From: Octopus bimaculoides
Lineage: Eukaryota
DNA length: 63,714 nt
Assembly: GCF_001194135.2 (NCBI RefSeq)
Contig: NC_068984.1
Span: 120,140,409-120,204,122, forward strand
Direction of reading: 5' to 3'
The notes below the pieces were generated by a model. The model was not told the DNA's origin. It ran no database searches and saw nothing but the letters and a program-made list of their open reading frames with translations. The translations under genes and the position numbers were made by a program. Each line of letters opens with the position of its first letter. The first letter of the stretch is position 1. This document shows, piece after piece, positions 39,111 to 51,075 of this stretch.

Positions 39111-40576
39111 GCATGGCTGTATGGTTAAGAAATTTACTGTGCAGCCCTGTGGTTTTGTGTTTGGTCCTACTGCACATCACTTTAGGTAAAGTAAATGTCT
39201 TCCATAATACCCTTGGTCTGACCAATGTCTTGCAAGTGAACATGATGTACAGACACTGCTGGAATCCCAATCAAATGCACACACACACACATACACTTTC
39301 ACATACATACACACATATGTATATGGTAATTACTGCAAAATATTGCATGCTGCAAAGGCACTGCAGTATTTGAATACATAAATAAATGTAAAATTACCGA
39401 TCAATGTCTAGACTTTGAAATAACTAAATATTTTAATTTTCTGAGATACTTTATGGAAAACTAAAACCCTTTAAAGATTGATATGAATATAGAAGGAAAT
39501 GTATGAATTGGATGCAGTTTTATGTGTTCTAAAGTTTATTGGAATGTTTCCCATCATCATCATCATCATCGTTATCATCCTCATCATCATTATCACCGTT
39601 ATCATCATCATTTCAACTTAAACTTTTTTCATGCTTTTATGCATTGGCTTGTTTTTATTGAGGCAGATTCTCTCCGGCTGGATGCTCTTCCTTCCGATAA
39701 GTTTGCAAACAAAGTAATATCTCCCCATGGCCAGATATATTCTTTCAGATTGCTGGAAAGGAATGACACCGTTTGCACGTCAGTGACTATTATTTACCAC
39801 TATTCTGCTGAGGATGACTTTGCCTTTCATCATTTCGGGGTCGATAAATTAAGTAGCAGTTGTGTACTGGGGTGGATCTAGTTGATTGGCCCCCTCTCTA
39901 AAAATTTTGGGACTTGCACCTAGAGTAGAAAAGAATTATTTACCACTATTACATGATATCAAGACAAGACACCCATTCACACACCCATTTGCATACACAC
40001 ACACACACACATTTGCAGGCACACATGCACACGCACACACACACACATCTTTTATTTATTATCGTTTACTTATAAATCTGTGTGTGCATATACATACATA
40101 CATACATACATACATACATACATTGTTACATACAGATCAGAGACCTTTATAACTGTTGTTTACCATTAGTTGTATGCTAACAATTGTGTTCTTTTAGTTT
40201 GCTCAGAACATGCATTCTCAGAAAATAACAAACCTATTCACTGGTGACTGAACTGCTCTTAGGTTTACAATAAAACTAAGGTGATGAGTGCACCTGCGCC
40301 AGGAAAAACGTATCATCACTTTCATCTTCATCATAATCATCAATATTTAACATTCATATTCCATGCTAGCATGAGTTTGACCACATTCATTTGTCCAAGG
40401 AATCAGATTTGTTGTAGTCAATTCTTTTATGTAAACTGGGATTTTGAAATCCACATGATGATTCAGAAGGCTTCATTTGCATTTGGGACAACAATGAGAC
40501 CAGAACCCACACTGGATCAGTCGTTGCCCAAGTCAACATCAAAGAGTGAACAGGCCTCGATTTCACTAACTCACAG

Positions 40577-40909
40577 GGTAAAGGGTAAAGGGTAAAGACC
40601 TGCTTTGGTCTGAATGACCATGGGATTGTACCTAATATGTTCCCCTCTGAGGCACAAATCTGGGCAAGGTTGTTTATGGAAGACCAGCAGTCGTCCATGC
40701 ATACCAGCCTTTCCTCTCCACATCACCGATGTTATCCAAGGGAAAGGCAAAAATTGATACAGCTTGGCCACAGTGATGTCACAATTCATTTCTACAGATG
40801 ATTGAACTGGAGCAATGTGAAATAAAGTGTCTCGTCCAAGAACTCAACACACAGCATAGTCCAAGAATTGAACCCACTACCTCATGTTTGTGAGCTATGC
40901 GCCTACACA
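40577..40909 (-). mobile_element. SINE family F with (TTTACCC)n tail and 13-bp TSD
   Basis: TSD cactaactcacag at 40564-40576 and 40910-40922. B-box-like gggttcaattc on the minus strand. Confidence 0.8.
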
Positions 40910-41453
40910 CACTAACTCACAGAAGCAGCAGAAAACTGAGAGAAGTGATGAAGTGTGATTGTGAGATCATCAACAAATGCTCCAACAACAACATCGCCAA
41001 CGGATAGGAAGGAGGGGAGGATGAAAGGAAGGAAGGAAAGAAAGAAAGAAAGAAAGAAGGAAGGAAGGAAAGGAGGGAAGCTGTCTTACTGCCATACTAT
41101 CCTTCACACAACCATTTTCCCCTAAAATCATAAATATGAATTCAGATTACTTTTTAAACCTGTTGAACCAACCAGAAAGTGATTTGTTAGTTTTCTCTTT
41201 ATTGTCACTATTCAACTGCTGTATGTGTATTGTAAACTGCAATAAATTGATTTCATATTTGTATTTGTGCTGCTTGAACTTTGATGGCAAACTACCAATC
41301 ATATAAAATCAAGAAATATGCTATCCAAACACACAACAATTGGAATAGTCCTATGCATTTTAAATATGTACCTCTCTCTCTCTTATATATATATATGTAA
41401 AGTAAATCATAAATCTGAAAGAGAAGCACACTATAGGTTATAGAGCAGTAGAG

Positions 41454-41663
41454 TAATTAGTTCAAGATAGTTATGGCCAGTTTATGGGATTACCTCGGAT
41501 TTCACGTTCATTAAAGTGCTTAGCTTTACTGCATCTCTTCAAACCCTAATCTCTCACAACGACATATCAGATTAGGGTCTTGAAGAGACGTAAAGCTATT
41601 GTTTTATGGACGTGAAACCCTGGGTAACTCCATAGACTGGCCATAACTATCTTTATCTAATTA
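41454..41663. mobile_element. Palindromic fold-back element, each arm carrying an HHR-like motif
   Basis: 41465-41552 is an imperfect reverse complement of 41569-41652, extending to taattag/ctaatta. Confidence 0.75.
41575..41631 (+). ncRNA. Hammerhead-like motif, right arm (mirror motif on the minus strand at 41486-41546)
   Basis: Parses as gggt / (c)UUGAAGA g acgt...acgt / GAA acc-ctg-ggt A / actcc, with a GUA triplet at 41624-41626. Confidence 0.5.
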
Positions 41664-41669
41664 TATATA

Positions 41670-42024
41670 TTCTTTTATTCTTTTATTTGTTCCAGTCATT
41701 TGACTGTGGCCATGCTGGAGCACTGCTTTTAGTTGAACAAATTGAGCCCAGGACTTATTCTTTGTAAGCCTAGTACTTATTCTATTGGTTTCTTTTGTTG
41801 AACCACTAAGTTACAGGGATGTAAACACTCCAACATCAGTTGTCAAGTGATGATGGGGGGACAAACATAGACACACACACACACACACACACGACGGGCT
41901 TCTTTCAGTTTCTGTCTACCAAATCCACTCACAAGGCTTTGGTCGGCCTGAGGCTATAGCAGAAGAAACTTGCCCAAGGTGCTACATATTGGGACTGAAC
42001 CCAGAACCCTGTGGTTGGTAAGCA

Positions 42025-42026
<2 letters not shown>
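41670..42026 (-). mobile_element. SINE family A, near full length
   Basis: Shared tail, internal (CA)n and head, cut by a (TA)n tract. Confidence 0.85.
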
Positions 42027-42068
<42 letters not shown>

Positions 42069-42078
42069 NNNNNNNNNN

Positions 42079-42118
<40 letters not shown>

Positions 42119-42160
42119 TACTGTGTTAGCTTTTCAATTGGTTCCAGACGCCCGGTAACC

Positions 42161-42255
42161 ACAATGGACCCTGATGAAACTGTACTGACAATATTGCAAG
42201 GTTGCATATGCAACAATATGCAGTCACTGCAATGGAAACATGTGTAGGTCATTGT
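42161..42255 (+). ncRNA. Type I hammerhead ribozyme with canonical core
   Basis: Stem I acaatg(g)acc/ggtcattgt, CUGAUGA at 42171-42177, extended stem II actgtactgac/gtcactgcaat with inner atattg/caatat, GAAA at 42235-42238, minimal stem III aca-tg-tgt, and GUA cleavage after 42246. Confidence 0.75.
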
Positions 42256-42341
42256 AATATGCTATATATAACTAAAAAGATAAATATTGTGGATGTACAA
42301 GTCTCCATATTCCTTATTATTAATATTATTATGTATATATA

Positions 42342-42528
42342 GGTGCAGGCATGGCTGTATGCTAAGAATCTTGCTTCCCAACCACATGGTTCTGTGTTCA
42401 GTCACACTGCGTAGCATCTTGGGAAAGTGGCTTTTACTGTAGCCTTGGGCTGACCAAAGCCTTGTGAGTGGATTTGGTAGATGGAAACTAAAAGAAACCT
42501 GTTGTATACATATATATANNNNNNNNNN

Positions 42529-42571
<43 letters not shown>

Positions 42572-42772
42572 CTGTGTTTGTACCCTTCTCCACCACTTGG
42601 CAACTGATGTTGGTGTGCTTACATTTCCATAACTTGGTGGTTCAGCAAAAGAGACTGATAGAATAAGGACTAGGCTTACAAAGAATAAGTCCTGGGGTTG
42701 ATTTGTTTGACTAAAGGTGGTGCTCCAGCATGGCCACAGTCAAATGACTGAAACCAATAAAAGAATAAAAGA
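42342..42772 (+). mobile_element. SINE family A, full length
   Basis: Head ggtgcaggcatggctgt, internal TA tract and tail aaaagaataaaagaa. Confidence 0.88.
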
Positions 42773-42810
42773 AATGCATAGTAGAAAAACAAACAGGACA
42801 AATTTATCTA

Positions 42811-43570
42811 CGAGGTGGTATCAAAATGTTCCTGGACTAGTTATGTAGCTTGCCAACAGATGGCAGCACAATTTTGTGTGCACAGTGAGAGCTAGCAGTG
42901 ACCTTCAGGTGACAGTGTGCTGAGTGACATTGCTGTGTTTATTTCACAAGTTGTGAAATTTCTGTTTTTGTAATCACATGTAGGCTGTAGTCTGCAATTT
43001 TGACATGGACAGAAAGTTGAAATTTTGTGTTAAACTTAAGAAGTCTACTATAGAGATATTGAGCATGTTTCGGCAAGCTTATGGTGATGAGGCAATGAGT
43101 AGCATGCAACGTTTTGAGTGGCACAGGCACTTCAAAAGCAGAAGAATGTTTGAAGTGTTTGAGGGAAGACATTTGGTGAAAGTGACCAGATCTGTGGAGC
43201 ACGTAGATCTGTGTCACTGAGCTCTCCTCATGCGTGAGTTTCTTGCTAAAATCTATTTGGTATTGCTTCCATAACCAACCTATTTGCCAGATTTAACACC
43301 TGCTGACTTCCATCTTTTCCCCCAAGATGAAAATGCGGCTCAAAGATTGCCATTTTAACACTGTTGTCGAGATCCAGAGTGAATTGCAGAAGTTTCTTGA
43401 CTTACTTATGGAAAACTACTTCCAGACTGGATTCCAAAAATGGCAGGAACACTGGGACTGGTGTATTGTTGTGCAAAGTGACTATTTCAAAGGAGATGAT
43501 ATTAAAACTTAGGTGAATAAGTTATTTTTTCTTAAACATAACTAGCCCAGGGACGTTTTAATGCCAGATA
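42811..43570 (+). mobile_element. Internally deleted mariner transposon
   Basis: TIRs ggtatcaaaatgttcctggactagttatgt / acataactagcccagggacgttttaatgcc after a TA. Transposase remnants include KFCVKL...FRQAYGDEAMS...FEWH and YLPDLTPADF...KWQEHWDWCI...DYFKGD. Confidence 0.9.
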
Positions 43571-44253
43571 TATATTTTGATACCAAGCATACATATGCAT
43601 TTCCAGCACTTCTGTGTCACATATAAAAGATTTCAAGCACATGCTTAATATTTGCTTTGGACACATTTAGTGAAATGAATTTAGCAGGTAGGTGATGAGG
43701 CAAGCACCATAAATACAAAACTTGGTGGATAGTTTCAATTTCTGGTCCCAGCCTGACTAGGTTTAAGTCACTAGTGTCTCAAATGAAACTGAAGCCTTCT
43801 GAATCATCAAGTGGATTTCAGAATCCCAATTTATATAAAAGAATTCAGTATATCAAGTCTGGTTCCTTGAACAAATGAATGTGGTCAAACTCATGCCAGC
43901 ATGGAACATGAATGTTGAATGTTGATGGTTATGATGAAGATGAAAGTGGTGATATACCTTTCCTGGAGCAGGTGTACTCATCACCAAACTTTTATTGCAG
44001 ACTTGAGAGCAGTTCAGACACAAGTGAACAGGTTCACTATTTTCTGAGAATGCATGTTCTGAGCAAACCAAAAGAATACAATTGTTAGCATACAACAAAT
44101 GGTAAACAACAGTTATAAAGGTCTCTGATATGTACATAAGGATGTATGTATGCAAGTATGTATGTATGTACATATGTATGTTTGTATGTACATATATGAG
44201 TGTATACACACATACACAAATGCATATACACATACATACACACAGATTTATAA

Positions 44254-44306
<53 letters not shown>

Positions 44307-44438
44307 TATGTGTATGTATAGGTATGCATGTATGTATGTATATAGGTATGTATGTGTGTATATATATATATATATATATGCACACACATACATATGTATA
44401 AATACACATTTGTGCGTGCGCGTGCACACACACACACG

Positions 44439-44470
<32 letters not shown>

Positions 44471-45038
44471 TAGTTGTATTCACAAATCAATGTTGACTTA
44501 TTACTTTTTTTGTCCTATACGCTGTTGCTTCCGCTTTTCCTTGTTTGCTTTGTATACGCTGTTTCTGTTGTATACAAAATGTCACCATTCTGCATTATTT
44601 CCTGATGTAGCACTGATGGATCTACCACTCCCATTTACTTGTGTTTAATGCCATCGTCTGTGAAATTCAATGATAGATAATGCGTTACCATTCTTATAAG
44701 CATAACAATGTCAACTAAAGATAACTCATACTATTCCATTCATATAAAATGAGAAGCTATAAAATCCACTCAGTAAAGCAATGCAAAGCTGGGAAAAAAA
44801 ATATATCTTTATTTGATATTTTGTTTGGAATTGAAAATGTTTGAAATGTGTAGTGAACTTTGCAATTTGTCAATTCTAGATTAGGAGTGGTTAAAGCTGA
44901 AATATTGAATAAATGTATTTTCATTCAGTTTTGTATAGTTAAACAGTGAATTTTTATACTTTATCTATTTAATATACTGAAATGATAAGGTTTAAAAAAG
45001 AAAAAAAAAAAGAGGAAACTCAAGGTAACCGTATAATG

Positions 45039-45896
45039 CAGTGTTTTCCAATCGAGGTTCTCCAGATTCCTTAGGATTTCGCAATAAGGTTGGGGAAGGG
45101 ATTAGTCAATACCTCTGACCCAAGTATTTGGTTGGTGATTATTTTATTAGCCCTGGCATGCTAACGATTATGCCAGATAACCACCTTCATAATAATAATA
45201 ATAATGTAATAATAATGATGCTCCTACAGAAAGTTTGTCTCTTAGGGATAGCAAAGATTATCAGGAGGGTTCTAAGTACTTGAAAAACTCCTGAAAACTT
45301 GTGGATACCTAAGGTTACAGGTAGGGACCTACTACCCACATAAACACTACCAAGAAAAAACCCAGCCTGAGTCAAACCAAAATAATAATAATAATGATAA
45401 TGATTTCAAATTTTGGCACAAGGCCAGCAATTTGGGGAAAGGGAGTAAGTTGATTACATCAATCCAAGTGATCAACCGGTTCTTATTTTATCGACCCGAA
45501 ATGAATGAAAGACAAAGTTGACCTTGGTGGAATTTGAACTGAGAAACATAAAAATGGATGAAGTGCTGCTAAGCAAATCCAATATTGAAACCATAAATTT
45601 ATTACTTATAAACTACAATATGAGAACACTGTTTCACAATTTTATCTTCTTGTGGTAGAAGAATTTAGTTAAGATGAAATTTCTTAAACTCACTTTGTCA
45701 GTTTTAATGGATTTAGCGCTACTAAACATTTCAATGACAGTTTTATGATTTTTTAAAAACTCTTGGGAAATTTAATTTCTTGAAAGAGAAAGAAAAAAGA
45801 GTAATAATGATATACAACAATTTTTATGCAGGATTTCCTCAAGACATGGAATGTATTTCAAGGATTCCCTGAGAGTAAAAAAGTTTGGAAACACTG
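45039..45896. mobile_element. hAT non-autonomous element with nested insertions
   Basis: TIRs cagtgttttccaa / ttggaaacactg and an 8-bp TSD gtataatg/atataatg. Contains SINE C pieces and a Dong/R4 3' end. Confidence 0.8.
45215..45381 (+). mobile_element. Short 5'-truncated Dong/R4 copy in (TAA)n
   Basis: LQKVCLLGIAKIIRRVLS* is the typical R4/Dong ORF C-terminus. (TAA)n lies on both sides. Confidence 0.7.
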
Positions 45897-46106
45897 ATAT
45901 AATGTAATTTTATATGATATATTATGATATGATATGATACGATATGATATAATATGACATATTATGTTATACATACATACATACATACATATAATCTGAC
46001 AATTTGTGAACATCAAAACACTGAAGTGGAAATAATTATCAAAAAAGTTATTCCTTTTTCAAATACACACACACACTCACACACTCACACACACACATGC
46101 ACGCAT

Positions 46107-46153
<47 letters not shown>

Positions 46154-46156
<3 letters not shown>

Positions 46157-46444
46157 GGTGCATTCCAGAATTTTCAAGACTTTTTCAGGAGAGACATTAA
46201 TTTCAAAGAAGTAACTCTAATCTTCAAAGTAGGATTCTCTTGCTTCAAGGCACTTATTGTAGGGCTCCAGTCATTTTATTTTTTTGCGAAGGCCCCATGG
46301 AAATCTTCCCAAGTGAAGGTGTCCAGGTCCCTTGTAATAGTCTCTGTCATCTCCTTCAGCTTCGAAGACAACCAAGAGACTTAGGGAGCAATGTCTTGAC
46401 TGTAGGGAGGTTGAGGGATAGTTTTGATGACCATCTCTGTCAAA
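46154..46444 (-). mobile_element. Mariner 3' fragment
   Basis: Minus strand resembles LFPKLK...EEMKEAVTRVLDTFTLEDFHGAF...YNKC...SYFEGD and is followed by a TIR-like end. Confidence 0.7.
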
Positions 46445-46446
46445 TA

Positions 46447-47006
46447 CAGTAATGCCTTGATATTCCTGTTAATTTGTTCTCAGAGACCACATATAAAGTA
46501 AACACTCATAAAGCAGAGCAACAATTTCCCATTGTAGCAATGTTATAAATTGTAATTTGTTCCCAGAAAAATATTTTACCTATAAAATTTATAATACTCA
46601 TAAATAAATGACAATAAAACAACAGTAGAATGTAAAGAATATTTTATGTAAAGAAAAAGGAATGTCAAGATCATTTATGATGAAAAAATATCCTTATTAT
46701 AATCGTTTTCTGAATCACATTCACTTGCACTAGACTTGTGTATACCATTGCTTGTAAACATGATCACTGATTCACAAGCTCTCATAGATGGACTTGTAGA
46801 TTTCTTTCTAAAAAACAAGTCTAGAGTTGTTTGCTTAGAAGAAGCTTTTTTCCATTCTCTATAAATTTTTCGATATCATGCAGAAGCATTTGTTATGGTA
46901 GTAGAAACTTTTGAATTTAGTTCAAAATTTGGACCTTGTGCTTGAAAAATAAAACTCGTAAACTGGGGTCTCATAAATTGGGTCCTTGTAAAGTGAGGTA
47001 TTACTG
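46447..47006. mobile_element. pogo/Tigger-like non-autonomous DNA element
   Basis: Ends ta|cagtaatgcct...aggtattactg|ta give short inverted termini with TA on both sides. Confidence 0.5.
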
Positions 47007-47184
47007 TAGTTGGTTACCAGAATGGAATTATGAACTAGGGCATTGACCTGGAGTAGGTGCTCTGCTCTTTGTGATGAAATCTCTTTTTCAACATCCAAAC
47101 TTGGAGGATGTAGATGGTACCCTTGTTGTTGATAAAAGGGCTCACCATGAGTTTATCCATGACAATCTCAAGTATTTGTGGAAA

Positions 47185-47440
47185 CACGTGGCTTAGGGGT
47201 TAGGGTGTTGGACTTGTGACTGCAAGATTGTAGTTTCGATTCCTAAACTGGGCAATGTGGTGTTCTTGAGCAAAACGCTTCATTTTACGTTGCTCCAGCC
47301 TACTCAGCTGGCAAAAATAAGTAATCTTGCAATGGACCGGCATCCCATCCAGGTGGGGAATATATATACCATGGAAACTGGGAAACCGGCCCTCATGAGT
47401 CGGTTTGATTCACAAAGGAAACTTTACTTTTTTTATATTT
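47185..47440 (+). mobile_element. tRNA-derived SINE with a V-domain-like core
   Basis: Head tggcttaggggttagg...gtttcgattcc and core gcaatggaccggcatcccatccagg...gaaaccggccc. Confidence 0.6.
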
Positions 47441-47809
47441 CATAAGTTCTTGTAGTGTTTTTGCCCAGTTTAGCACAAAACTATATTGCAAACTAGTCAG
47501 CTGTGATGAGCTGTGTTTAGTAGGGTGCGTTCAAAGTGCTGGTATGGCTGTCTCCTTCAATCTGAAAAAAAAAAAAAAAATGTTGGTAGGTCCACTTATT
47601 AGATACATTATTTACATTTGACTGATATTTGTCCTCATCTTGTCAAATGTAAATTATGTACATAATTCTTCATCTCTTAAATATAGAACTGCACTTATTA
47701 GATGTATGGTAATAATATACTGAAATTATAATAATTAAGGACAGTTATAACTGTCTCTTTTACATAAGTCTCAAAACCTCTGTAATACACACATACACAC
47801 ACACACATT

Positions 47810-47848
<39 letters not shown>

Positions 47849-48079
47849 TGGATGAAATACACTGCCTTTGTTTTAGTTTCTTTTGGAAATAATGAAGATT
47901 TAATAAAATAACTTCATAATTTCTAGTTAATTAAAATCTTATAAGGAATATGATCCATGTCCATAATTGCAAGGGAGGAGAATAAAAATATTTCAGCAAT
48001 ACAAAAGGAAAAAAAAGAAACACAGAAGAAAACAGATTGGCATTCACAGAAACGAACAGCAATATAGGGATTTACTTAA

Positions 48080-48290
48080 CCCTCGTGTTATATTTCAGTT
48101 GAAATGCACTGCGTTTGTTTCAAATAATTTTGAAATTAAAGGAGATTTAGTAAAATAACCTTGATACTATTATTAAGTTGGTGTCTGGCACATAAATCTT
48201 AATGGCAAGTTAAAATTTAGATCTTTTTAAAACAGGAAGTTTGCATCATAGAACCAGGAGTATTCTCACATGGGTTGGTATGAAAATGGT
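48080..48290. mobile_element. piggyBac-type MITE related to 11778-11997
   Basis: Starts ttaa|ccc and shares the internal tttagtaaaataac...cataaat motif. The right end is degenerate. Confidence 0.5.
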
Positions 48291-48529
48291 TAGAAAGTAA
48301 ATATTTTAATATCTTTATTTCCCATGTATTTAAACTAATTAACAATTAATTATTCAATTAAATATTATGCAAAGGACTTAATCAAAGAATATATCTGCAT
48401 ATATTAAATGCAGATGTAAAGAAATAATTGTGTAATAAAAAGAGAAGTGAAACACAGTAAGTGCTGGTGCATTTTGTGCATATACTTATGCAATATTGCT
48501 TGTTTTTGCTTTTATTTGCTTGGTCAATT

Positions 48530-48712
48530 ATTTCTCACCAGAATATGTCTCTTAACTCTCATCCACACACATTTTTTCACACCCAGAATTGATGAAACAT
48601 GGAATAAAGTACCAACATCATTAGTTGGCTGTCAGGACACTGCATCCTTCAAGATTTCCATGCTTCCTGAAATTTGCCGGCTGTACACCTGATGTCCAAG
48701 CTTTTTTTTTTT
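48530..48712 (+). mobile_element. CR1-type LINE 3' end
   Basis: HFFTPRIDETWNKVPTSLVGCQDTASFK matches the FF--R----WN-LP---V------FK C-terminus. Confidence 0.7.
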
Positions 48713-49669
48713 TTTACAGCTCATTCACTGTTCACTTGATGTGCATGAACAGTATAAAGAATAATTATTCTTTATACTGCTCATGCACTTTTGGCTACTT
48801 TTTCTAATGAGTTATAGTGCACCTGAGCACTGTGTACAATAATTTCATTATATATATTACACTGTGTACACAAAATTTATATTTTTCGTCTTTGGTCAGT
48901 AAGGGCTATTTCCTATTTGCTTCTATTGAGAAGCTAAAGGAAATGACTACTATTTCCTTCAAACTTTACTTTTGTCACCTGGCCACCAATGTTTTGAAAC
49001 TGACATATTTTCCATTACATTTCAGACAGATTTAGCACTGTGTTGCTGAAGCAGAAATATTGTTATAGTAAATATTCTCCTCAGTACCACAGATCTGCTT
49101 ATCAGTTGCTTGACCGTAATCACTCGAGTATGTCCCTTAGTGGCTGACAATATGTGCATCTCTGATCATGAGCAGGAGTAGTGGCGGGGGGCATCATAGC
49201 CATGTGTTGTGAGGGATTCTTTGGGGCTTGAATAAATATAAAAGCAAAATTGGAAGGAAATATTAGCCATTTTTCATACTTTCTAGGGGTAAGCAAATAA
49301 GAAATAACAGTTGCTATCCAAGGACAAAAAATCGTGTTACACAGTGTTATATACAGAGCTGTTTTCCATCCGTCTTTATTTTTTATTTTGGTGCAACATT
49401 TTTCCCCCTACTTAAGTGGGTGTTTTTCTAACTGTTAAACAATATTCAGTAATAAAATAGGAAAGTAATACACAATTGTTTCTGTCTGACGTCCTTGAAG
49501 CAATCAAAGTTCTTGCAAATTTTCCAAGGGTTTTCCTTCAGTGGCTGTGGTAAGACTTAAACTCATTGTTATGTGATGGTTAGAAGTCAAAGACCTTCTA
49601 GCTTGCAGACATTGCAACATATTATTAATCAAAACAGAAAGAGACACTTAGGAACAAAGTCTAGTTGTA

Positions 49670-50005
49670 TCATCAATCATCACTCATCATCGTCATCTTC
49701 ATCATCTTCATTCTCACCACCACCAACACCACCGCCACAACTGCCACTGCTGCTGCTGTGACTGCCACTACAACTGTCACTATCACCACCACAACCACCA
49801 CTACTACCATTGGTGTCATCACTGCCACCACTGCCACCTCCACCACCATCACCATAAACATCATCATCATCATCATCATCATCATCAACAATAACAACAA
49901 CAACCCACACCCACTGCTGCTGCAGCCACTGCTGTCACAACTGCTGCCATCACGGTAAGCACAGCCACCAGCACCACCATCAGCACTACCATCACCACCA
50001 CCATC
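49670..50005. repeat. Degenerate (CAT/CAC/CTG)n trinucleotide tract
   Basis: Directly visible. Confidence 0.9.
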
Positions 50006-50529
50006 ATTCTAATACAGGATAAAAATGTGCTCTTTAGTCACATCACAAACAACTTGTCTAGTGCTCACAGCACAATAAAATTCACCGACCAAGTCAATGT
50101 TTTAAAGTGATTGGAGACAGGAAGAATATCCAACTGTTAAAACCCATACTAGGACAATTATTCCACCCCCACTCTGAGGACAATTACCCCACCCATAGCA
50201 CAATTCCCCCGATGATAACTACCTCCTAGGACAATTACCCCCCTTGGTTAATTACCTCCTCTCCAATATATTAAGAAGCTTTAAAATCATCATCAGTTGT
50301 CCTCAGGGCTAATTGTCTTGGGGTGGGGAGTGCTATTGTTAAATGTTCTAGACCTGTTAAAACCATGCTAACAAAAAGCATTACACTCACAACAGCCAAA
50401 GTTTTGTGGGTATTGTCTATGTTTGTGTGGGTTTGTCAGATGATAAAGGACTGTTGTGATACATGGTGAAGTGCTGTGAGACATTCAATCCATGCCAACA
50501 TGGGAAAAAAATGGATATGAAATGTTAAT

Positions 50530-50842
50530 GATGATGATGATGATGATGAGAATGACAACGATGATAACAATGACGATGATGATGACAATGACGATGACAA
50601 TCATGATGATGGGGGATGACAGTCACGGTGATGACGATGATGATGATAACGAAGAGGATGAGGATGATGATGTTGATAATAGTGATGATGATAATGAGGA
50701 GGAAGAGGACGGTGATGATGATGATGATGATGATGTTGAAAATGATGATGTTGATAATAGTGATGATAATAATGAGGAGGAAGAGGACAATGACGATGAT
50801 GACGATGATGACGATGATGATGATGATGATGATGATGATGAA

Positions 50843-50884
<42 letters not shown>

Positions 50885-51075
50885 GAGGATGTTGATAATA
50901 GTGATGATGATAATGAAGAGGAAGAGGACAATGACGATGATGATGATGATGATGATGTTGAAAATGATGATGTTGATAATAGTGATGATGATAATGAGGA
51001 GGAAGAGGACAATGACGATAATGATGATGATGATGATGATGATAAAGATGATGACGACGACGAGGACAGTAAATG
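50530..51075. repeat. (GAT/GAC)n microsatellite with a higher-order unit
   Basis: Unit gatgttgataatagtgatgat.ataatga.gaggaagaggac occurs four times (about 50669, 50747, 50888, 50969). The tract is seeded at an RTE-type (GAT)n tail. Confidence 0.9.

Noticed and set aside
40577-40597. (GGGTAAA)n as an interstitial telomeric repeat
   Set aside because: It is not TTAGGG. It is the 3' tail of SINE F, bounded by that element's TSD.
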